This document shows, piece by piece, positions 23,224-32,235 of a stretch of DNA of 64,000 nt (the stretch's first letter is position 1; the number at the start of each line of letters is the position of its first letter). The stretch is from NCBI GenBank assembly GCA_047150005.1, contig AP038806.1, positions 512,001 through 576,000 on the forward strand, written 5' to 3'. Position numbers and translations under genes: made by a program. This stretch comes from Nitrospira sp. (lineage in GTDB: Bacteria; Nitrospirota; Nitrospiria; Nitrospirales; Nitrospiraceae). The notes under the pieces were generated by a model that had not been told where the DNA came from, did not search any database, and saw only the letters and a program-made list of their open reading frames with translations.

Positions 23224-23262
23224 GACTGTCCTCATCAGCCGGATTCTGTCATAGTGCGGTCT

Positions 23263-23709
23263 ATGCGCGGAATCATTGTAGGCAGTCTCGTGCTCGTCTT
23301 ATCCGGATGCGCGGCCAACCTGGCCGACATACGCAAGAACCCGCCGAAGCAGTCCGCGACTTTCGCCACAGCTCCGGCTGTGATGGCGGCCTGTGTGCAG
23401 CGGAGCACGGAGAAAATCGCCTCGCCCTATCAATCCCGCCTCGTCGTCAGTCTCGACCAAAAGGAGTACTACGTCACCGCCACCCGCAGTGCCGACAGCC
23501 TGGCCAAAGAGCCGCTCATCGGTGTCGATGTCTTCATCGTCGGCTTCAACGAGGGCTCTCTCGTCGAGCTGCGCGAAGGCGCCTCCGACGGTCGAACCCT
23601 CGCTCGTCACGTCTGGCTGATCGTGGAGTCTTGCGGGGAGAAGACCGCGAATCCCGACGATCTTTCGCCGTTCCCTGCGCCGGCGACGCCCAAGCCTACG
23701 ACGCCCTGA
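23263..23709 (+). CDS. Hypothetical lipoprotein
   Basis: MRGIIVGSLVLVLSGC lipobox. Confidence 0.75.
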   Translation: MRGIIVGSLVLVLSGCAANLADIRKNPPKQSATFATAPAVMAACVQRSTEKIASPYQSRLVVSLDQKEYYVTATRSADSLAKEPLIGVDVFIVGFNEGSLVELREGASDGRTLARHVWLIVESCGEKTANPDDLSPFPAPATPKPTTP

Positions 23710-23757
23710 AGGTCATCGGTAAGCCGAACCTCACAACCTCGATATTTTCTAGCCAAC

Positions 23758-24321
23758 TCACGGCTTGGCCGGAGACAGCTCGACCCGCTCCTGAATCTTG
23801 ACCCAAGCATCCCATCCATGGCGTTTCGCCGTGCTCATGATGACATGACGCGCCGTCGCGATGCTGCGGACCATCTGTTCCCGGTTTGCGTTAGCGTGAT
23901 GCCGCACGACAATCGCCAGCGTCTCGGGATCCGCCTCAACGACATGGAGGGAGTACAGCCGATCGCCGTTCGCCTGTTCCTGCAGCTGCGCAGTCACCGC
24001 CAGCGCGAGCCATTCGATGCTGGTCGGCGTGTAGGGGGTGAGGCCGGGCCGTTTCGGCGCCTGTGGCTCCGTGCGATGCTCGCGCGAAGCTTGTTCGTCC
24101 CGCTCGACCTTGCACTCCCCGGCCACGCAGGTCTGCATCTGCCTCAGCCGCTTATCTTCACACGCGACCCGATCTTCCGAGCTGAAGGCATTACCGAGAC
24201 AAGCCCGCAGCCCCTCCTCGACCGCATCGAGACAGCTGGTACAAGGAGTTTGGGCAAGGGCGAGGATCGGAGAGGAGAGAAACAGAAGAGAGGCTAGTGC
24301 AAGCATCAGACGCATAATCAT
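23758..24321 (-). CDS. Hypothetical exported protein with Cys-rich N-terminal domain
   Basis: Signal peptide MRLMLALASLLFLSSPILALA followed by six Cys. Confidence 0.65.
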   Translation of the reverse strand: MIMRLMLALASLLFLSSPILALAQTPCTSCLDAVEEGLRACLGNAFSSEDRVACEDKRLRQMQTCVAGECKVERDEQASREHRTEPQAPKRPGLTPYTPTSIEWLALAVTAQLQEQANGDRLYSLHVVEADPETLAIVVRHHANANREQMVRSIATARHVIMSTAKRHGWDAWVKIQERVELSPAKP

Positions 24322-24366
24322 GCAGCCCTCAACCATCAAGCGTGGTCGCTCGCGATTGTCCACTCT

Positions 24367-24783
24367 TTAAATCAGCCTGGCCATTGCCGCGCGGAACGCG
24401 TGCAGATCATCAAGACGCGTGGTAATAACTTCGTAGACTTGGCCATAATCGATTTTCCAGTACACGTGGATAAGCAAGTTCCTGAAGCGCGCCATCTGTT
24501 GCAAGCGAAGAGAAAGATCCGCCGGAATAAGCCCGGCCTGTTCCAGCGAACTGAAGCAGCCCGCGTATTCCTCCGGCACCTGCTGCAGTCGCTTCGCAGA
24601 CACATGAAAACACAGCGCCAGGGCCGCTTCGATGGCAATGAGCAGCCGATAGCACGCAATATCGAGCGTATCCTGATTGAAGAGGAATGTTTCGCGGGGC
24701 AACCGGCGCAGTTCTTCAAGCCGGCTCAACGACGAATCGATCTCAGCACAGCGAGCCCGGATGACGTCCGGATTGAGAGTCAT
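24367..24783 (-). CDS. HEPN/DUF86 (HepT-like) RNase toxin
   Basis: RNLLIHVY = R-x4-H-x-Y HEPN motif; ATGA overlap with the upstream MNT gene. Confidence 0.9.
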   Translation of the reverse strand: MTLNPDVIRARCAEIDSSLSRLEELRRLPRETFLFNQDTLDIACYRLLIAIEAALALCFHVSAKRLQQVPEEYAGCFSSLEQAGLIPADLSLRLQQMARFRNLLIHVYWKIDYGQVYEVITTRLDDLHAFRAAMARLI

Positions 24784-25199
24784 GCAGCGAAGGCGTCCTT
24801 CGTACCGCGGCGGAGCAACGGGGCTAGATCGAGATAGCGGCGAGCCACGTCCTCGATCAGGTCGGTCAGGAAATCTTCGTCGTTGCAAACGAGAAGCTGC
24901 CCGCGCAGAGCATGATACTGAAATGATAATGGAGCCTCGTTCAAGATTCGGATATCCATAGGGATCCCGATTTCAGCGGTCAGGTTCGCGGACAACGCCT
25001 CGGAAATTTCCGCCCCACCAGCCAGCGCGGCTTTCTGAAGGTACAGGCCCACATCGACATCGTGAACCCTATCGGACTCAAGCACAGATCCATAGAGGTA
25101 GGCAAATCGCACCGCCGGTTCCCGCTCAAGCGCAGCGCGAAGCCGTGACACCACTCGCTCCCGCTGCTCGCTCGAAACCGTATACAGCCTCTGCTTCAT
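24780..25199 (-). CDS. Minimal nucleotidyltransferase (MntA-like) antitoxin
   Basis: AYLYGS...HDVDVGLY, DIRILNEAP; upstream promoter-like TTGTCC-17-TAATAT at 25263-25235. Confidence 0.9.
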   Translation of the reverse strand: MKQRLYTVSSEQRERVVSRLRAALEREPAVRFAYLYGSVLESDRVHDVDVGLYLQKAALAGGAEISEALSANLTAEIGIPMDIRILNEAPLSFQYHALRGQLLVCNDEDFLTDLIEDVARRYLDLAPLLRRGTKDAFAA

Positions 25200-25292
25200 C
25201 TCGTCTCCGTTGAGAGTCTTATCGACCAGAGCCAATATTACACCGCCCGTGAAGAGAGGACAAGAAACGCTGAGCGGGAAGCCCTAAAGTTT

Positions 25293-25318
25293 GTCATTCC
25301 CGCGGAAGCGGAAATCCA
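25293..25318. repeat. REP-like palindrome, left arm (GTCATTCCCGCGGAAGCGGAAATCCA)
   Basis: Inverted partner TGGATGCCCGCCTTCGCGGGCATGAC is split by the IS (25358-25364 plus 26402-26423); a related copy is at 47219-47245. Confidence 0.85.
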
Positions 25319-25364
25319 GTCAAGGCCTTCTCCTCACCATTCAGCCTTGATCGAGAGTGGATGC

Positions 25365-26401
25365 CCTAGATTCACAAACGAAGTGCAACACCTGTGGGGT
25401 AAGGTGTTGCAATGGGACGACACTATGCGCAGCTCTCCTTGGAAGACCGGTGTACGATTGCCCGGGCTCGCGAAGCCGGGCAAACCATCCGCCAAATTGC
25501 AGCAGCTCTGGATCGCGCGCCATCGACCATTCTGCGGGAACTGAGGCGCAATCGCGGCGCCCAGGTGGGCTATGCGCCTGCCTATGCCCAGGAGCAGACC
25601 CGCAGCCGCCGCTGGCGCGGGAGTCGTCTGCTCCGGCAACCGGCGCTGCAGGCCCACGTCCTGCGCTGGTTGGGGCAGGGCTGGTCGCCCGCTCAAGTCG
25701 CCGGCCGGCTCAAGCGCGACGGCTGCGCGCTGCGCATCAGCTCCGAGTCGATCTACCGCTTCATCGCCAGCCAGATCCGCCGGACGAAAGACTATCGCTG
25801 GCGGCATTATTTGCCGCGGGGCAAAAGCAAACGCGGGTGGCGGGGGCGCAAAGGCGGCAGTGCCGTGGACCACATCCGCAGCCGCGTCCCCATTAGCGAG
25901 CGACCGGCGGCGATCCAGCAGCGGCAGGACCCTGGCCATTGGGAGGCCGATCTGATGCTGTTTGCGAAATATGGCCAGGCGGTCCTGGTGACGCAGGAAC
26001 GCCGCTCGCGCGTGTTGGTGGCCAGCCGGCAACCCACGAAGGGGGCCCAGCCGGTGGCCGCCCGACTCACGGCGCTGTTTGCCGCCCTGCCTCCGGCCCT
26101 GCGCCGGACCATCACGTTCGATAACGGCACGGAGTTCGCGTATCACGATCAGCTGCACCCGCTCGGCATGCGCACCTACTTTTGTGACCCGCATGCCCCG
26201 TGGCAAAAAGGGGGTATCGAAAACGGTATCGGCCGGATGCGCCGTGCCCTCCCCCGGAAAACTGACTTGGCCACGCTCTCCACCCGCCGCTTGCTGGCGC
26301 TGGTGCGGGCGTATAATCACACCCCGCGCAAGTGTCTCGACTATGAGACACCGGCCGAGGTGTTTACTCGTGATCTGTTGCACTTCAAATGTGACTCCAC
26401 C
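25365..26401 (+). mobile_element. IS30-family insertion sequence, 1037 bp
   Basis: 26-bp imperfect terminal IRs at 25365-25390 and 26376-26401 sharing GAAGTGCAACA; TGC duplicated on both flanks. Confidence 0.9.
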
Positions 26402-26422
26402 TGCCCGCCTTCGCGGGCATGA
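25412..26422 (+). CDS. IS30-family DDE transposase
   Basis: HTH IAAALDRAPSTILRELRRN; GHWEADL, TITFDNGTEF, PWQKGGIEN, NHTPRKCL. Confidence 0.95.
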   Translation: MGRHYAQLSLEDRCTIARAREAGQTIRQIAAALDRAPSTILRELRRNRGAQVGYAPAYAQEQTRSRRWRGSRLLRQPALQAHVLRWLGQGWSPAQVAGRLKRDGCALRISSESIYRFIASQIRRTKDYRWRHYLPRGKSKRGWRGRKGGSAVDHIRSRVPISERPAAIQQRQDPGHWEADLMLFAKYGQAVLVTQERRSRVLVASRQPTKGAQPVAARLTALFAALPPALRRTITFDNGTEFAYHDQLHPLGMRTYFCDPHAPWQKGGIENGIGRMRRALPRKTDLATLSTRRLLALVRAYNHTPRKCLDYETPAEVFTRDLLHFKCDSTCPPSRA

Positions 26423-26469
26423 CGCAAGAGAATCCCCTCCAGTTAATCCGGGGAAGCTCGGGAGAGTTC

Positions 26470-26515
26470 GGGACTAGCACCCGCCTTTGCCGAGGCTTCG
26501 GCGGGTGCCTGTCTC
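26470..26515 (-). repeat. GGACAGGCAC...GCCAGTCCC hairpin element, long form, reverse orientation
   Basis: Reverse complement GAGACAGGCACCCGCCGAAGCCTCGGCAAAGGCGGGTGCTAGTCCC matches copies at 43120, 45013 and 46094. Confidence 0.85.
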
Positions 26516-26780
26516 GATTCCTTTCTTAACTCCCCTCCGAGTCACTTCCGAGATCATTCGCGATTAGCCGATATCGCTCAAGCGCCGCTTCGAGGTCATC
26601 CACAATCCTAGCCCAATTGTGTACGTCGAATGTTGAGAGGCGGTCTGAAAAATACGCTCTGTGACTCTTGACAGAGAAGACAGTTGCTGACCCCATTTAT
26701 GTGACCCCGCTCGCGCGGGGAACATGAGTATGGCCAGGATACCATGAGGTAAGATATCCTTGTCTCATTGTGAGGTGACC

Positions 26781-27214
26781 ATGCTGGCAAAGAAAACATC
26801 CAAGAATCAGGTCACGTTACCGAAGAAAGCGCTGGAGGATATTCCAGAAACAGACTATCCTCGAAACTCGTTCCAGCCTGGCAATCCGGCCGACTGCAAC
26901 CCGCGGTATCGGCTCCCATCTTTGATGAATACCTTCGAGTACTCGCGTACCCGCAATTCTGCCTCACATCCGCAGATATCCGCAGTTTGATCGAAGAAGA
27001 GCTGCTTCCATATATCGAAACGGTTCGCGTCACGCCATCGGTCGTTCCGAGACTACGCGATCCTGACGATGCCAAGTTTGTCGCCTGCAGGATCACCGCC
27101 GGCGTCCGCTGGCTCGTCAGCGGAGCTGACGACCTCCTCAGTCTGTATCGAGTCAAAACCGTGGAGATCGTTTCAGTCTCCACATTCCTTCAGTCCCTCA
27201 AAAGCAAACCATAA
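26781..27214 (+). pseudogene. Decayed AbrB/MazE antitoxin + PIN toxin operon with an internal deletion
   Basis: MLAKKTSKNQVTLPK (AbrB N-terminus) breaks off near 26860 and abuts, out of frame, a PIN toxin lacking its N-terminus (...DEYLRVLAYP...RDPDDAKFVAC...LVSGADDLL). Confidence 0.8.
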
Positions 27215-27228
27215 GCCGACCCCACCAA

Positions 27229-27405
27229 ACCGAATGAAAGGGGTCGACCGAATGAAAGGGGTCGGGAGTCTTTTCAGGACGATATGCAGGTGGCCCTGCT
27301 GATGTGCGAGCTTTCGGCGATTGAGCCCATTCTCAGCGAACTGATCGATGAGGCAGTTCTGCGGGTAAGCAGAGGAGGCTTAAAACAATGACTCCCGACC
27401 CCTTT
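27229..27405. repeat. 18-bp tandem duplication plus a 16-bp perfect inverted repeat (REP/MITE-like)
   Basis: ACCGAATGAAAGGGGTCG x2 at 27229-27264; AAAGGGGTCGGGAGTC (27255-27270) pairs with GACTCCCGACCCCTTT (27390-27405). Confidence 0.8.
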
Positions 27406-27431
27406 GATTCTGCTCTCGTGAAGATCTTCTC

Positions 27432-27460
27432 TTGACTTCACAGCAATCGGTCTCTAATCT
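27432..27460 (+). promoter_or_regulatory. Promoter of the phd-relE operon
   Basis: TTGACT-17 nt-TAATCT, followed by ACCACA direct repeats (possible operator) and an AGGAGG RBS. Confidence 0.6.
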
Positions 27461-27490
27461 GTGACCACACTTGCAACCACAGGAGGGTTG

Positions 27491-27766
27491 GTGAAATTCA
27501 CGAATGTGCGTGAGCTCAAAGCCAAAACATCCGCGATGCTGAGGACCGTTGAACGAGGGAATACGGTTCTTGTCACCACCCATGGACGTCCGACCGCCAT
27601 GCTGGTGCCGGTGACCGAAGAGGACATCGAGGATGCCCTGCTCGCCTATAGCCCGACGCTTCGGAGAAAAATCGAAGCGGGTCTCAAAGATATCCGCGCA
27701 GGCCGGTCAACGCGATTGTCCGACTATTACGCCACACGATTCAAAAAGAAAGCTCGCAGGGCGTGA
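27491..27766 (+). CDS. Phd/YefM-family antitoxin
   Basis: NVRELKAKTSAMLRTVERGNTVLVTTHGRPTAMLVP; GTG start after AGGAGG. Confidence 0.9.
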   Translation: MKFTNVRELKAKTSAMLRTVERGNTVLVTTHGRPTAMLVPVTEEDIEDALLAYSPTLRRKIEAGLKDIRAGRSTRLSDYYATRFKKKARRA

Positions 27767-28029
27767 CCTACCAGGTCTTCCTCTCTGCACACGTCCAACG
27801 CGATCTCGACAGCTGCTCCGACAAGATCACCAAACAAATCCTGAATGATTGTGCTCGTCTCGCAGACGATCCTATCCCTGACGGGAAGCGGATCAAGAAG
27901 CTGCAAGGATTCAAAGACAATCTCTACCGACTGAGAGCGGGCGACTACCGCGTGGTGTTCAAGCGATCCGGATCACGCATCGACATCGTGCGGGTGCTGA
28001 GCAAACCGGACTTTCAAAAGGCCTACTGA
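27763..28029 (+). CDS. RelE/ParE-family toxin
   Basis: LADDPIP..KKLQG...LYRLRAGDYRVVF; GTGA overlap with the antitoxin. Confidence 0.9.
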   Translation: MTYQVFLSAHVQRDLDSCSDKITKQILNDCARLADDPIPDGKRIKKLQGFKDNLYRLRAGDYRVVFKRSGSRIDIVRVLSKPDFQKAY

Positions 28030-28037
28030 CCGCTCCC

Positions 28038-31000
28038 AGTTCAATGGGGCCACGGCATTTCTTCCGTGGAATCTGGACGCCGGGGAATCGATGGGATGGC
28101 GGGCCTACTGGCTTCAATGGGGCCACGGCATTTCTGCCGTGGAATCGAGCCTGGACGACTTCGCGCGGAGCGCGATCTCCGCGCAGCTTCAATGGGGCCA
28201 CGGCATTTCTGCCGTGGAATCCGCGCAATGAAGACGACGCCTTGCGCCTGGTAGAGGCTTCAATGGGGCCACGGCATTTCTGCCGTGGAATCCTGATTCA
28301 GCAGGCACACAATCTCGCCGGCATGGAGGCTTCAATGGGGCCACGGCATTTCTGCCGTGGAATCCCGATCACTTCGGTGTAGGGCTTCGCGGCATGCGGC
28401 GGGCTTCAATGGGGCCACGGCATTTCTGCCGTGGAATCCCCCTTGTCCTTCGATCATCTTCTGCGTGAGATCTTTTCGCTTCAATGGGGCCACGGCATTT
28501 CTGCCGTGGAATCGGTGGCTGGACGCATCTGAATCTCCCGGCCGAGTACGCTTCAATGGGGCCACGGCATTTCTGCCGTGGAATCCCCCGTATTCAGAAC
28601 CGCCCGCGCCGCCGTGCCCCCGCTTCAATGGGGCCACGGCATTTCTGCCGTGGAATCGTGACGGTGACGGTGATCGGATGACCAATAATAGGAGGGCTTC
28701 AATGGGGCCACGGCATTTCTGCCGTGGAATCCGCAACTCAGTGAGGAGATGTGGACCTATCTCCAGGGCTTCAATGGGGCCACGGCATTTCTGCCGTGGA
28801 ATCGACCCTCGCGAAAATTCTGCAAGCCGCGAAGATTCTGCTTCAATGGGGCCACGGCATTTCTGCCGTGGAATCCCGCTTTGGTGCGGTACATCGCTTT
28901 GCGTCCAGGCCGCTTCAATGGGGCCACGGCATTTCTGCCGTGGAATCCCGCTTTGGTGCGGTACATCGCTTTGCGTCCAGGCCGCTTCAATGGGGCCACG
29001 GCATTTCTGCCGTGGAATCTGACTGGTTTCTCGACGCGGTTGAGCCAGTTCGCAATGCTTCAATGGGGCCACGGCATTTCTGCCGTGGAATCCCGGTGAA
29101 TACGTGCGCGGCAATGTCCACACGGCCAACCTGCTTCAATGGGGCCACGGCATTTCTGCCGTGGAATCCGGTGAGCGGGTCTGATGTCATCGGCGCGGCG
29201 CTCAAGCTTCAATGGGGCCACGGCATTTCTGCCGTGGAATCTGAGCAGTTGAATCGGCAACCAGGCCGCACCTTGGCCGCTTCAATGGGGCCACGGCATT
29301 TCTGCCGTGGAATCCGGGGCATCGCATGGCGGCAGTACTCAATGGTCGGTTGCTTCAATGGGGCCACGGCATTTCTGCCGTGGAATCTCCGGCGTCGGCT
29401 TTTTGATGAGATAGGGCTCTTGGCTTCAATGGGGCCACGGCATTTCTGCCGTGGAATCCAGGGCGCGGAAGGTACGAGTGACTGTGTGATCCTCCGGGCT
29501 TCAATGGGGCCACGGCATTTCTGCCGTGGAATCCCCGGTATCGGGCGCTCGTCAATTTGGCATTGACGGGCGCTTCAATGGGGCCACGGCATTTCTGCCG
29601 TGGAATCACTGGCTATGGTCGCTCCATGCTGATGCCGCACAACTGCTTCAATGGGGCCACGGCATTTCTGCCGTGGAATCCCCTGACCGTCCCGGCCGAA
29701 CGCATGGCGATGACGCTCGCTTCAATGGGGCCACGGCATTTCTGCCGTGGAATCCTCCATTATGTCATCCCAACAGCCGGCTAATACCCGGCGCTTCAAT
29801 GGGGCCACGGCATTTCTGCCGTGGAATCCTTCGCCATGCCGCACGAGCGCGCCGTAGCCTTGCCCCGCTTCAATGGGGCCACGGCATTTCTGCCGTGGAA
29901 TCATGAGGGCTGGTTGAAGCCCCATGCCACGCGCACGTTGCTTCAATGGGGCCACGGCATTTCTGCCGTGGAATCGACATCGGAGCCGCCTGGGGTGGAT
30001 GACCTCGACACGCTTCAATGGGGCCACGGCATTTCTGCCGTGGAATCCCCTAGGATCAGTCACTCCATGCCTCATCATTACCGAGCTTCAATGGGGCCAC
30101 GGCATTTCTGCCGTGGAATCCGCGCTTGCATCGCGTTATCGGGCACGGCCACGCGCCTGCTTCAATGGGGCCACGGCATTTCTGCCGTGGAATCGCTGTC
30201 GGCCTCGTGTTCGAGACCGATCCCATGTCTTGCTTCAATGGGGCCACGGCATTTCTGCCGTGGAATCCCCTAGGATCAGTCACTCCATGCCTCATCATTA
30301 CCGAGCTTCAATGGGGCCACGGCATTTCTGCCGTGGAATCCGCGCTTGCATCGCGTTATCGGGCACGGCCACGCGCCTGCTTCAATGGGGCCACGGCATT
30401 TCTGCCGTGGAATCGCTGTCGGCCTCGTGTTCGAGACCGATCCCATGTCTTGCTTCAATGGGGCCACGGCATTTCTGCCGTGGAATCTGTTCGCGACCGG
30501 CAACCGACGTGGATCACATCATGCCAGCTTCAATGGGGCCACGGCATTTCTGCCGTGGAATCGACATCGACCTGTTGCCGTGAGATTGGGACAGTTCGGC
30601 TTCAATGGGGCCACGGCATTTCTGCCGTGGAATCGATAGGTGGTGCTCTGGATCAGGCCCGTCAGATTGGCGCTTCAATGGGGCCACGGCATTTCTGCCG
30701 TGGAATCGCCGCGACTAGCCACCGCCGAACCTCACATCCGTCGTGCTTCAATGGGGCCACGGCATTTCTGCCGTGGAATCCACCGATGCGCAAACCGCAC
30801 CCACGACGACATGGGTGCTTCAATGGGGCCACGGCATTTCTGCCGTGGAATCCGAGATCGATCGGATCGACGGGCAAGAACAGATCGTAGCTTCAATGGG
30901 GCCACGGCATTTCTGCCGTGGAATCTTCAGACACCCTATCCGCACAGCGTGCTCTTTGGGATGCTTCAATGGGGCCACGGCATTTCTGCCGTGGAATCGA

Positions 31001-31730
31001 TTGCGGATACGTCGTTCGCCGCCTCCGCGCTCAACGCTTCAATGGGGCCACGGCATTTCTGCCGTGGAATCCGAACCCGCGGCTCGCGTAATTGCTCGAC
31101 ACATTCCCGCTTCAATGGGGCCACGGCATTTCTGCCGTGGAATCTGTGTGGTTGGGTTCATCGCCAAATAGAAGGACATCGCTTCAATGGGGCCACGGCA
31201 TTTCTGCCGTGGAATCCCAGCGACAAACGCGGCATTCTCGCCACCAACCCGTACGCTTCAATGGGGCCACGGCATTTCTGCCGTGGAATCCTCCATTATG
31301 TCATCCCAACAGCCGGCTAATACCCGGCGCTTCAATGGGGCCACGGCATTTCTGCCGTGGAATCCTTCGCCATGCCGCACGAGCGCGCCGTAGCCTTGCC
31401 CCGCTTCAATGGGGCCACGGCATTTCTGCCGTGGAATCATGAGGGCTGGTTGAAGCCCCATGCCACGCGCACGTTGCTTCAATGGGGCCACGGCATTTCT
31501 GCCGTGGAATCGACATCGGAGCCGCCTGGGGTGGATGACCTCGACACGCTTCAATGGGGCCACGGCATTTCTGCCGTGGAATCCCCTAGGATCAGTCACT
31601 CCATGCCTCATCATTACCGAGCTTCAATGGGGCCACGGCATTTCTGCCGTGGAATCCGCGCTTGCATCGCGTTATCGGGCACGGCCACGCGCCTGCTTCA
31701 ATGGGGCCACGGCATTTCTGCCGTGGAATC
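28038..31730 (-). CRISPR. Type I-G CRISPR array: 51 repeats of 36 bp and 50 spacers of 35-40 bp (40 unique by manual count)
   Basis: Repeat on the minus strand GATTCCACGGCAGAAATGCCGTGGCCCCATTGAAGC (CCACGGCA/TGCCGTGG hairpin, ATTGAAGC handle); degenerate terminal repeat at 28038-28073; leader on the cas2 side. Confidence 0.99.
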
Positions 31731-31941
31731 AGTTCTCGCGGATGTGCATGCTCTTCTTGGCATCCCGGCTCACCATGCGAGCGATAGTCTCTTCACACGA
31801 AAATATCTCCATGTCAAACAATAGGTATCACCTCCTTTTCAAAAACTAACTGCTACACATCCAGGCACTTACCATCTCGCGAGCGCTTCCGGTGATTTGA
31901 CCGGCATATGACCGCTCGCACTAGACGCTAGACAGGAACAA
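31731..31941 (-). promoter_or_regulatory. CRISPR leader
   Basis: Non-coding, AT-rich core with repeated GCGAGCG/CGCTCGC motifs, between cas2 and the first intact repeat. Confidence 0.8.
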
Positions 31942-32235
31942 TCACACTACTTGGGCACGCCGCTCGACTTGTACGAAGGCCTGGCCCAACGATTCGATAC
32001 TCTTGATCGGACGTCCTTCGCTCGGGCCAAGGTCCACAATCAGGACATGATCTTCTTGATGGTGGATCACCTCGGTCAACGCCACCTTCATCCTGACGAC
32101 ATCCATATCGGGCAACTCGCATTGAAACACCGAAAGCTGCAGATGTGCACCGAACCCTTTCATCGTCTTGTAGACGCGGCGTAACCGCTTTGGATCACGG
32201 ATATCGTACGTGACAAAATACAGCCGTCGCATCAC
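31942..32235 (-). CDS. cas2: CRISPR-associated Cas2
   Basis: YFVTYDIRDPKRLRRV...LQLSVFQC. Confidence 0.96.
   Translation of the reverse strand: MMRRLYFVTYDIRDPKRLRRVYKTMKGFGAHLQLSVFQCELPDMDVVRMKVALTEVIHHQEDHVLIVDLGPSEGRPIKSIESLGQAFVQVERRAQVV

Noticed and set aside
28020..28110. 9-nt identity GGCCTACTG between the end of relE and the end of the trailer spacer
   Set aside because: Too short, and no TTN-type PAM flanks it; compatible with chance.
28074..31694. Self-targeting spacers within the window
   Set aside because: No full-length match was noticed by eye; an exact search was not possible.
28044..31849. Many ORFs with repeated ASMGPRHFCRGI, FNGATAFLPWN or LQWGHGISAVES peptides
   Set aside because: These are translations of the CRISPR repeat, not genes.
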